Shown in pieces: positions 49,817 through 58,998 of a stretch of DNA of 64,000 nucleotides. The stretch comes from Candidatus Latescibacterota bacterium. Lineage in GTDB: Bacteria > Latescibacterota > UBA2968 > GCA-2709665. The notes beneath the pieces are model-generated. The model ran no database searches. It saw only the letters and a program-made list of their open reading frames with translations, and had not been told where the DNA came from. How positions within the stretch are numbered: position 1 is the stretch's first letter; every line of letters starts with the position of its first letter. The stretch is taken from assembly GCA_965208835.1 (NCBI GenBank), contig OZ242358.1:4416001-4480000 (forward strand), given 5' to 3'. A program made the position numbers and the translations under genes.

Positions 49817-52336
49817 TTATACGGACTGGCCGAAGGCGTTCGCCAGGATCACGAAGTCCGAGAACCCGACCTCACCGTCGCCGTCCAGGTCAAAGCGCGG
49901 GTCGTAGTCGGCCTCGCTACGGCCTGTTCCAAACTTCCTTGCGAACTGGACAAAGTCTGCGAAATCCACCTGCCCGTCGGCGTTGAGGTCGGGGCTGCCC
50001 TGCGCGTGGGCGCTGAACACCGCCGGTGTCAGGCCCGCCGCCCGCGCCACCACCGTGTTCCTCCCCGCTGCGGGACCCAGCGTCAGCGTCGTGGCGGCGT
50101 TGCCACTCGTATCGGCCCTGGCCGACGCCGGCCGCACCTTCCCGCCGCCTTCGGTGACGCTGAACAAGACCGGCATGCCCGGAAACGGGTCCCCGTGCCG
50201 GTCCCACACCGACACCACGAACGGCGCCGGCAGCGACGTCCCTGACGTGCCCCTTTGCCCATCCCCGGACACGAGCGTCACGCGCTCGGGGCGCTGCCGC
50301 ACCCACTCCGACGTGTCCCACAGCTCTATCGTGCCGCTGAAGCCTCCCACGGCCAGCACGGACCCGTCGTGCCAATAGGCCAAAGACGTGGGGGACCCCG
50401 TGTGCGGCAGCCGCGCGTAGATCTTCCCCGTGGCGGCGTCGCGCACGATGACCGTGCCCTCGGGGCCGCCGCTGGCCAGCGTCTCCCCGTCCGGAGAAAA
50501 CGCCAGAACATTGACGCTGGGCGCATGCACGATCTTCATTTCGGCGACTGTATTTCGCGTGGTCACGTCCCAGAACGCGATCACATCCGAGGCCGCAGCC
50601 AGGGTCCTGCCGTCCGGCGAGGGCGCAATCCTTTTTAAACCCTTCTCGCCAGGCCGCACGAGGACGCCTCGTACTCTACGCGCGGCCCAGTCCCACAACC
50701 GGATGGAATTGTCGTAGGAAGCCGACGCCAGAACACTGCCGTCGGGAGAAAACAGCAAATGCTCGACCGGTCGCGTATGCCCTTTGAGGACGCCCGTCAT
50801 CTCGCCCGTGGCCGCGTCCCACGTCTTCATATTGTCCTCATCGGTAAATGAAGCCGACACCAGCGTCGCCCCGTCGGGCGAGAACGCCAGCGCAAGGATC
50901 CACCACGTATGCCCTGCCAGCGTGCCCGTCCGTTTTTGCGACGCCACGTCCCACAGCCCGATCCAGCCGCTGGCTGTCCCTGCCGCCAGCGTCGACCCGT
51001 CCGGCGACAGCGCCACCGCCCAGATTCTCTCATCCCCCACGTCCAGCGTGGCCAGCTCCTCATACGTCTTCGTATCCCACAGCCGGACGGTGCTGTCCGT
51101 CGATCCCGATGCCAGCGTCGATCCGTCCGCCGAGAGCGCGAGCGATACGTAACGTCCTTCGCCGTGCCCTTCCAGCGTGCCCACGTGATACGGCGACCGC
51201 TGCGCGAACCTCCATCGCCCGTCTCCATGATTGCCCTGCTTGTCCACCGCCTGGAATTGGATAAAATGGGACGGCGGGTCCGACAACGTCGTGATAACTC
51301 GGTTAGACCAGCTGGGGTTGAGGCCGTCATATTCGTACTCGATGACCGCTTCCTTCTCACCCGAGAACACCCTGCAGTCCTTGGCATCGAGTGACAGGTC
51401 ATAACTGGTAGTTTTTTGGTTAACCAACACGAACAGCAGATGCAGGCCGTGACGCGCTTCGAGCTTCAGACGCACGGTGATGCGCTCCGCGCCCTTATCA
51501 TACCACAAGGGCGACAGAAGCTCCACCGTGGGCCGTGCGTCCCAATCCGCCCTTTCGAGGGGTACCGCCGCGTTTAAAAACGGACTCACCGACAGGAACG
51601 CCGCGCTGCATGCCGATATTCGGATGGGTCTGTCGCCTTTGATAGAGCTGGAACCCAGGATGCCGTGATCGTTTCGATAGTCGTGCCACATCAACCCGAA
51701 GGCGTGCGCCAGCTCGTGCGCGGCTGTAGAGAACCTGGTTCTGCCGGGAACCAGCAAACTCCCGCCGTCTTTACCCCCGGCCGCGATGCCCGCCGGGCCG
51801 TTTCCCAGCCAGAACTCACGACGGTTGTCAATCATGACGAAGTAAACCACGCCCCTTCGATCGAACACCTGCCAGACCTCCTCGAATGTCAGATAGCTCA
51901 TTCGGTCGCGATAATAATTGTTGGCGTGCGCCCCGTCCAGGCGATGCACCACGGGCGCTCCGTACCCGTCCGCCTCGTACCGGAACGTCGTGTACCCGTA
52001 CCCGTGCGCTTCCATCTGCTCCCCGAAGAGCCGCTGCAGTCGCACCATCCACGCCTTCATCGTATCCACCAACGACTGACGGTACGGACGGTCGTTCGGC
52101 AGAAAGTAGATCATCCGCACCGTACGCGGCTCACCCGCGTTCAACTCCGACGTCCGCTTGCCCGCAACCTGTGCGTTCTCAACTTGCCACCCCTCCTCTT
52201 TCAACACCACGCCGTGAAACACGCTGTCAGACCGCACGGGCGAAGCGGAACCCGTTGCTGGCAGCCACAGCATGCCAACAAAGCACGACCCCGCCGTCAC
52301 CCACGGCATCAGACGCAATACGCACCGTCGCAGCAT
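49817..52336 (-). CDS. HExxH zinc peptidase + WD40 + Big_1-like Ig + type-A dockerin-like
   Basis: Signal peptide, HELAHAFGLMWHD, WD40 repeats, SGDGQRG...PFVVSV...TLTLG, DLNADGQVDFADF. Confidence 0.88.
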   Translation of the reverse strand: MLRRCVLRLMPWVTAGSCFVGMLWLPATGSASPVRSDSVFHGVVLKEEGWQVENAQVAGKRTSELNAGEPRTVRMIYFLPNDRPYRQSLVDTMKAWMVRLQRLFGEQMEAHGYGYTTFRYEADGYGAPVVHRLDGAHANNYYRDRMSYLTFEEVWQVFDRRGVVYFVMIDNRREFWLGNGPAGIAAGGKDGGSLLVPGRTRFSTAAHELAHAFGLMWHDYRNDHGILGSSSIKGDRPIRISACSAAFLSVSPFLNAAVPLERADWDARPTVELLSPLWYDKGAERITVRLKLEARHGLHLLFVLVNQKTTSYDLSLDAKDCRVFSGEKEAVIEYEYDGLNPSWSNRVITTLSDPPSHFIQFQAVDKQGNHGDGRWRFAQRSPYHVGTLEGHGEGRYVSLALSADGSTLASGSTDSTVRLWDTKTYEELATLDVGDERIWAVALSPDGSTLAAGTASGWIGLWDVASQKRTGTLAGHTWWILALAFSPDGATLVSASFTDEDNMKTWDAATGEMTGVLKGHTRPVEHLLFSPDGSVLASASYDNSIRLWDWAARRVRGVLVRPGEKGLKRIAPSPDGRTLAAASDVIAFWDVTTRNTVAEMKIVHAPSVNVLAFSPDGETLASGGPEGTVIVRDAATGKIYARLPHTGSPTSLAYWHDGSVLAVGGFSGTIELWDTSEWVRQRPERVTLVSGDGQRGTSGTSLPAPFVVSVWDRHGDPFPGMPVLFSVTEGGGKVRPASARADTSGNAATTLTLGPAAGRNTVVARAAGLTPAVFSAHAQGSPDLNADGQVDFADFVQFARKFGTGRSEADYDPRFDLDGDGEVGFSDFVILANAFGQSV

Positions 52337-52440
52337 AACCGGATCCTCCCTTTGGTCTCATCCCAATGTCACGTCGACAACCGTCGCTCCGTCGTGTACA
52401 AACGGCTTCCGATACCGGCGTCATCCGTGCCGTTGGCAGG

Positions 52441-52641
52441 TCACGATCCGCCACCGCCGCGCGCGGCAGCGTCGCTTTCGATATACCCCGACAGGATCAC
52501 GAAATCCGCGTAGTTGATCGTCCCGTCGCCGTTCAGGTCCATCCGCCGGTCATACCCCGCGTCCGACCTGCGCAGACCCATCATCTTATTGAACAGCTTC
52601 GCGTCCGCGGCGTCGCGCCTCCCGTCGCCGTTGAAGTCGCC
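52441..52641 (-). pseudogene. Orphan type-B dockerin-like fragment
   Basis: GDFNGDGRRDAADAKLFNKMMG...GGGGS*, identical to the C-terminus of 61602..64000 and directly preceded by an in-frame TAA. Confidence 0.85.
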
Positions 52642-52732
52642 TTACAGGAGACCCCTCCCCCGGCCCCTCCCCGGCGCGGGGAGGGGTGCAGTGCCGGACA
52701 CCGTAATCTCCAGAGGTCGGGTTGATGTACGC

Positions 52733-52905
52733 GGGCAGACAGGATTGTCCGCCCCACCTTCACACGTGCTTCCTGACGGTCCGGGCGCCCACAAGAGACG
52801 CCCCTACACCGCAATCGTGGCCGGGTGATCCGGTACCGCGAATTGACAATTCGCGGCGCGGCAGGTGTGTCGCAAATTGCGCCGCTGATGTCGCATTATG
52901 CGACA
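52733..52905 (-). repeat. Composite intergenic repeat, copy 2
   Basis: TGTCGCAAATTGCGCCG-N4-TGTCGCATTATGCGACA, CCGCGAATTG/CAATTCGCGG hairpin, GTAGGGGCGTCTCTTGTGGGCGCCC, type A REP. Confidence 0.85.
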
Positions 52906-52919
52906 GTACGAGGGCCATC

Positions 52920-55166
52920 TTACGCACCCTGTCCAAAGGCCGCGGCGAAGATGAGGAAGTCGGAGAACCCCACCTCACCGTTCCCGTCGAGGTCGAAGCG
53001 CGGGTCGTAACCGGCCTCGCCGCGGCTGTATCCATACTTCGCCGCGAACGTGACGAAGTCGCCAAAGCCCACCTCGCCGTCGCCGTCCCAGTCCGGGATC
53101 CAGGATGTACGGGTGGTGTGAGGTGACGTGTCCCATAGTTCGATGCGGGCCCTGGAAAGGGCCACTGCCAGTGTCCGGCCGTCCGGAGTAAACGCAATGG
53201 AAGAGATAGAGCCCGGATGGTTATACGACTCCAATACTTCTTCCCTACGCACGTCCCACAGGTAAATCGTGCCACGATCCATCACGGTTGCCAGTTTCCC
53301 GCCGTCAGGTGAAAACGCCAGATGCGTGGCGAGGGCCGAATGCGTTCTGGTGAGCACGGCGACCTGGTGCCACGCCGCCGTGTCCCACAGCCTGACGGTC
53401 CTGTCGAAACTGCCCGCCGATGCCAGGAGACCGCCGTCGGGTGAAAACGCAATCGATGCTATCACCTCCGTATGCCTGTCAAGCACGGCGACCTCCTGCC
53501 TGGCGGACACGTCCCACACCCGTACGGTCCGGTCCCGTCCCCCCGATGCCAGGAGACCGCCGTCGGGAGAGAACGCCAACGTTCTGATTTCATCCGTATG
53601 CCCGTCCAGTACGGCCACGGCTTCCCGCCGCGCCACGTCCCACACCCGTACGGTCCCGTCCCGTCCCCCCGATGCCAGCAGTCCTTCGGGAGAGAACGCC
53701 ACCGATTCGATCGTTCTCTTATGCCCGTCCAGTACGGCCACGGCTTCCCGCCGTGCCACGTCCCATAGCTTCACGGTTTTGTCCGTTACGCCCGATGATG
53801 CCAGAAGAACCCCGTCGTGAGAAAACGCCACCGAATTGACGAATTGCGCATCCCCGACCATCGTGGCCACTTCTTCCCGCCGCGTCAGGTCCCACAACCT
53901 GGCGCGACCGCTTTGCCCCCCCAACCACAGTCTGGTACTGTCTCGCGTCCCCATCGCCAGCAGGTCACCACCCGGAAAGATTGCGATATCGTAAATGAAT
54001 TTCGTCTCCACCGTAAGCGTGGCCACGTGATGCGGCGACGCCTGCGCGATAATAAGCCTTCCATCATTAGGCCGGTTCCCTTTAGTATCGACGGTTGTCG
54101 CCGGCAAATTGTGCGAGGTGGGGTATGAAAAGCTCGAATGGGACAGCGACGGGATCACCCCGTCATACTCGAACGACACGACGGCTTCCGTCTCTGCCGC
54201 CACGTCGCGGCACGCCTTCACTTCAGGCGTCAGAGAGCGGTCCTCCGGATTGCCCGTCCACTGGATCACCTGGTGCACGCCGTCGGGATCGGCCACGCGC
54301 CACGACACCGTAAAGCGCTCTGTGCCGGGCGCGTACCACACCGTGGGGCCCGCGAATTCAATCGTCGGATCGGACGTATAGTCTGTTCCCAGGGGTATCT
54401 CCGGATTGAGGAGGGGCGTCACCGCCAGATACCGCGCCGAGCACGCCGACAGCCGATCCGCATCGGCGCCAAACGACAAAATGTAGTCGTTGTCTCGGAA
54501 ATCGTGCCACAACAGCCCGAAGGCGTGCGTCAGTTCGTGGGCGGCAGTGCTGAAAATGAAGGCGCCTCCGACCAACGCTGAACCGCCATACTTGCCTCCG
54601 CTGGCGAGGCCGGCATAACGTCTGCCACCCGTCCCGTGCAGCAGACCGGTGCTGGTGTCAACGACGATGAAGTTGACCACGTTCTTCACGTCAAAGCGCC
54701 GAAATAACTCCCGCTGCACCGGCCCACCGGTTTCCTTGAGATAATACGCGTCGGCCTGGTCGCCGTCCAGACGGTGCACCACAGGGACGCCCGTAGCTTC
54801 CGCCTCATACCGGAACGTCATGTATCCATACCCGTGCGACGCCATCTGTTGGCCGAACCACGCCTGCAGACGCACCATCCTCGCCTTCATCGTGTCCACC
54901 AGCGACTGCCGGTACGGACGGTCGTTCGGTAGAAAGTAGAACATGCGCACCGTGCCCGGTTCGCCCGCGTTCAACTCCGACGACCGCTTGCCCGCTGCCG
55001 GGCCGCCCTCGCGGCGCCAATCCTCCTCATCCAGCAGCACGCAGGGATGCACGCTGTCACCAGGCGAGGACGCTGCGGCGCCCGCGGCCGTGAGGCACAG
55101 CACCGCAAGGCAGCGCGTCGCCAGCCAGATACAGGCGGAAAAACGATGGGTCACGCGTCTCTTCAT
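52920..55166 (-). CDS. HExxH zinc peptidase + WD40 + type-A dockerin-like
   Basis: GGAGAGG RBS, HELTHAFGLLWHD, WD40 repeats, DWDGDGEVGFGDF; no Big_1 domain. Confidence 0.88.
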   Translation of the reverse strand: MKRRVTHRFSACIWLATRCLAVLCLTAAGAAASSPGDSVHPCVLLDEEDWRREGGPAAGKRSSELNAGEPGTVRMFYFLPNDRPYRQSLVDTMKARMVRLQAWFGQQMASHGYGYMTFRYEAEATGVPVVHRLDGDQADAYYLKETGGPVQRELFRRFDVKNVVNFIVVDTSTGLLHGTGGRRYAGLASGGKYGGSALVGGAFIFSTAAHELTHAFGLLWHDFRDNDYILSFGADADRLSACSARYLAVTPLLNPEIPLGTDYTSDPTIEFAGPTVWYAPGTERFTVSWRVADPDGVHQVIQWTGNPEDRSLTPEVKACRDVAAETEAVVSFEYDGVIPSLSHSSFSYPTSHNLPATTVDTKGNRPNDGRLIIAQASPHHVATLTVETKFIYDIAIFPGGDLLAMGTRDSTRLWLGGQSGRARLWDLTRREEVATMVGDAQFVNSVAFSHDGVLLASSGVTDKTVKLWDVARREAVAVLDGHKRTIESVAFSPEGLLASGGRDGTVRVWDVARREAVAVLDGHTDEIRTLAFSPDGGLLASGGRDRTVRVWDVSARQEVAVLDRHTEVIASIAFSPDGGLLASAGSFDRTVRLWDTAAWHQVAVLTRTHSALATHLAFSPDGGKLATVMDRGTIYLWDVRREEVLESYNHPGSISSIAFTPDGRTLAVALSRARIELWDTSPHTTRTSWIPDWDGDGEVGFGDFVTFAAKYGYSRGEAGYDPRFDLDGNGEVGFSDFLIFAAAFGQGA

Positions 55167-55187
55167 ACCGGCACCTCTCCTTTCGCG

Positions 55188-55935
55188 TCAATCTCCCGAT
55201 GTTCCGGAATTTCCGGATCCGCCGTCTCTGGCAGACGCGTCGCGCTCGATATGCCGCGACAGGATCACGAAATCCGCCCAGTTGATGATGCCGTCGCCGT
55301 TCATGTCCATCCGTCTGTCAAACCCCTCATCGCCCGACCGCAGCCCGATCTTTTCATTCAATAACTTCGAGTCCTCCGCGTCGGCCCTGCCGTCACGGTT
55401 GAAGTCGCCTGACGAGATCATGATGAAGAACAGACGCTCTTCCGTCCGGCCTTCGCTATCGGTCACGGTCAGCGTCACGTCGAAGTCGCCGTGCTCCGTG
55501 GGCGTGCCCTCGATCTCGCCGTCGTCGTTGACGTCCAATCCCGACGGCTGCCCCGACAGCGAATAGGTATAGGGCGGCGCGCCGCCGGAGACGTCCACCG
55601 GTCCTTCCGAAAACGACGCGTTGAGCTCACCGTACATGTCGTTGATCGGCCCGATGACGATGGGCTCCGCCACGCGTATCCAGAACGAACTGCTGGACGC
55701 GTTGCTTCGGGCGTCGGTGACGTACGCGGTGATCTGCCAGGAGCCCACCGCCGGCGGCGAACCGTCAATCTCTCCGTCGGAGGCAATGGAAAGGCCCGCG
55801 GTACTTGCCGTGGGCGACAGACGGTACGTGTAGGGCGGGCATCCGCCGGCGGCCCTCACCTGTATCGAACCGATGGGCTCGCCCTTCGATGCCGCCACGT
55901 CCGAGATGGACCCGACCGACAGCGGCGGGCAGGCA
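55188..55935 (-). pseudogene. 5'-truncated Ig (He_PIG-like) x2 + type-B dockerin-like gene
   Basis: Begins CPPLSVGSISDVAAS with no signal peptide; GGxPPYTY...GxP repeats; DFNRDGRADAED...DMNGDGIINWADF. Confidence 0.7.
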
Positions 55936-56001
55936 GGCCGGGCACGGCCTCCTCAGTATGACAGGTTGTGCCGAGACCCGACAGACAGGTCATGCACACG
56001 C

Positions 56002-56177
56002 GGGCAGACAGGAATGTCCGCCCCACCCTAATAAACACATCTTCAGCGTGAGGCGGGCGCCCACAAGGGACGCCCCTACAGTGCCAACTTGGCCGGGTGA
56101 AAACGTGCCGCGAATGGGTCATTCGCGGCACGGCAGAGGTGTTGCAAATTGCGCCGCCAATGTCGCATTTTGCGACA
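56002..56177 (-). repeat. Composite intergenic repeat, copy 3
   Basis: Same modules as the other three copies. Confidence 0.85.
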
Positions 56178-56191
56178 GTTCGAAAGCCACC

Positions 56192-58520
56192 TTACGCACT
56201 CTGTCCAAAGGCGCCGGCGAAGATGAGAAAATCCGAGAAGCCTACGATACCGTTGCCGTCCAGGTCGAAGCGCACGTCATATCCGTCGTCGCCCTGACCG
56301 AGTCCGAACTTTTGCCCGAACATGACAAAGTCTGCGAAATCCACCTGCCCGTCGCTGTTGATGTCTGGATTGCCGTGCGCGTGCGCGATGAACACCGCCG
56401 GGGCCAGGCCCGCCGCCCGCGCCTGCACGGTGTTCAGGCCCGCCGCGGAACCCAGCGTCAGCGTCGTGGCGGCGTTACCGCTCGTATCGGCCCTGGCGGC
56501 CCTTGTCGATACCGCGCCGCCGCCTTCGGTGACGCTGAACAAAACCGGTATGCCCGGAAACGGGTCTCCGTGCTGGTCCCGAACCGACACCACGAAAGGC
56601 GCCCCTAACGGCACGCCCGCAGCGCCGCGCTGCCCATCGCCGGACACGATGGTGACGCGCTCGGGACGCTGCCGCACCCACTCCGACGTGTCCCACAGCT
56701 CTATACTGCCCTCGGTGGTTCCCACGGCCAGCACGGACCCGTCGTGCCAATAGGCCAAAGACGTGGGGGACCCAGGGTGCGGCAGCCGCGCGTAGACCTT
56801 CCCCGTGGCGGCGTCGCGCACGATGACCGTGCCCTCGACGCCACCGCTGGCCAGCGTCTCGCCGTCCGGAGAAAACGTCAGAACGTTGACACTCGGCGCA
56901 TGCACGATCTTCATTTCGGCGACCGTATTTCGCGTGGCCACGTCCCACAACGCGATCACATCCGAGGCCGCAGCCAGGGTCCTGCCGTCCGGCGAGGGCG
57001 CAATCCTATTGATACCCGTCACTCCAGGCCGCACGAGGACGCCTCGTACTCTACGCGCGGCACAGTCCCACAGCCGGATGGAACTGTCGTAGGAAGCCGA
57101 CGCCAGAATACTGCCGTCGGGAGAAAACAGCAAATGCTGGACCGGTCGCGAATGCCCTTTGAGGACGCCCGTCATCTCGCCCGTGGCCGCGTCCCACGTC
57201 TTCATCTTGTCCTCATCGAAAAGGGATGCCGAGATCAGCGTCACTCCGTCGGGTGAGAACGCCAGCGCAAGGTTCCCCCACGTATCCCCCAGCGTGACCG
57301 TGCGTTTCCGGGACGCCACGTCCCACAGCCCGATCCAGCCGGTCTCCGTCCCTGCCGCCAGCGTCGACCCGTCAGGCAACAACGTCAGTGACCGGATATC
57401 GCCTTCAATCCCACGCAGCGTGGCCAACTCCTCGAACGTCTTCGTATCCCACAGCCGGACGGTCGTGTCTGCCGATCCCGATGCCAGCATCGACCCGTCC
57501 GGCGAGAGCGCGAGCTCTACGGGTCCTGTGCCGTACCCGTCCAGCGTGGCCACGTGATACGGCGACCGCTGCGCGAACGTCCAACCCGCAAATGCGCCTG
57601 GGTTGCCGCGCCTGTCGACCGCCCAGAATTGGATAAAATGGGACGGTGGGTCCGACAACGTTGTGGCATGTGGGGAAATCCTCCCGTCGTACTCATACTC
57701 GATGAAGGCCTCCTTCTCACCGGAGAATACGCGGCAATCCTTGATTCTGACGATAAAGTCGTTGGCAAAGGGGGGGAACAAGGATCACCAGCTGATGCAG
57801 GCCGTGCGGCGCTTCGACCTTCAGACGCACGGTGATGCGCTCCGAGCCCTCGTCATACCACAGGGGCGACAGCAGCTCCACGGTGGGGTTTGTGTCCCAG
57901 TCCCACCCGAGGGGCACCTGAGCGTTGAAGAACGGCTGCATAGACAGGAACGCCGCGCTGCAAGCCGACAGACGTTCACTGCCGCGGAAGATCGCAAGGA
58001 TATAACCCCCTTCGCGATGGTCGTGCCAGAGCATCCCGAAGGCGTGCGCCAGCTCGTGCGCGGCCACCCAGAACTCGAAACCGCCGGGGACGACCGCCCA
58101 CCCTCCATCCTTACCCCCAGCCGCCCTGCCTGCCGGGGCGCCAAAAGGACCCAGCGCGTCACCCCAGCGATTGTCGATCACGACGAACAGGACCACGTTG
58201 TTCGGATCAAACGCCTCCCGGACCTCCCTTTGCACCGTTGTTGTCGTACGGTCGTCATAATAGCGGTCGGCGTGCGCCCCGTCGAGGCGATGCACAACGG
58301 GCGCGCCGTTAGCGTCCGCCTCATACCGGAACGTCATGTTCCCGTACCCGTGCGATGCCATCTGCTCTCCGAACCACGCCTGCAGGCGCACGCACCGGTG
58401 CTCGCCCCCGGCAACCGCGGGCGAGCCACTGATCGTCGCGGCAGGCACACACAGCAAGGCCACGATGCATCCCGCCAGAAACGGCAGACCGGACAACCCT
58501 CGATTACCCCTTCCTTGCAT
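56192..58520 (-). pseudogene. HExxH peptidase + WD40 + Big_1 + dockerin gene with a frameshift at a G7 tract and an in-frame N-terminal deletion
   Basis: ORFs 57717..58541 and 56192..57781 join at 57770-57776. The HRCV|RLQAW junction lacks ~50 aa present in the paralogues. Confidence 0.82.
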
Positions 58521-58537
58521 ATCCCGCTCCCTGTCAT

Positions 58538-58780
58538 TCAATCGCCGGATCCACCCGACTCACCCGATCCGGAACTGCCCCGCGCGGCCGCGTCGCTTTC
58601 GATATACCCCGAGAGGATCACGAAATCCGCATAGTTGATCGTCCCATCGCCGTTCAGGTCCATCCGGCGGTCAAAACCCGCGTCCGACCTGCGCAGACCC
58701 ATCATCCTGTTGAACAGCTTCGCGTCCGCGGCGTCGCGCCTGCCGTCGCCGTTGAAGTCGCCCGGCAGGGCGACCGTCAT
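58538..58780 (-). pseudogene. Orphan type-B dockerin-like fragment (could be a small ORF)
   Basis: MTVALPGDFNGDGRRDAADAKLFNRMMG...; homology to 61602..64000 starts at the edge of the REP. Confidence 0.8.
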
Positions 58781-58792
58781 CCTGAACGACGT

Positions 58793-58984
58793 GGACAGAC
58801 AGGAATGTCCGCCCCGCCCTCGCGCCAGCTTCCTGACAGTGCGGGCGCCCACAAGGGACGCCCCTACACGGGCAACGGGTCCGCGTGATCCGGTACCGCG
58901 AATTGCCAATTCGCGGCACGGCAGCGCCGTCGCGATATGCCTCTCATGTGTAGCAAATTGCGTCGAGTGTTGCATTATGCGACA
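58793..58984 (-). repeat. Composite intergenic repeat, copy 4
   Basis: Same modules, plus a possible third degenerate box at 58928-58944. Confidence 0.85.
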
Positions 58985-58998
58985 GTGGGAGGACCATC

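Noticed and set aside
49646-58984. Integron attC cassette array
   Set aside because: I found no consistent RYYYAAC/GTTRRRY core sites and no integrase. The units are paralogous duplicates.
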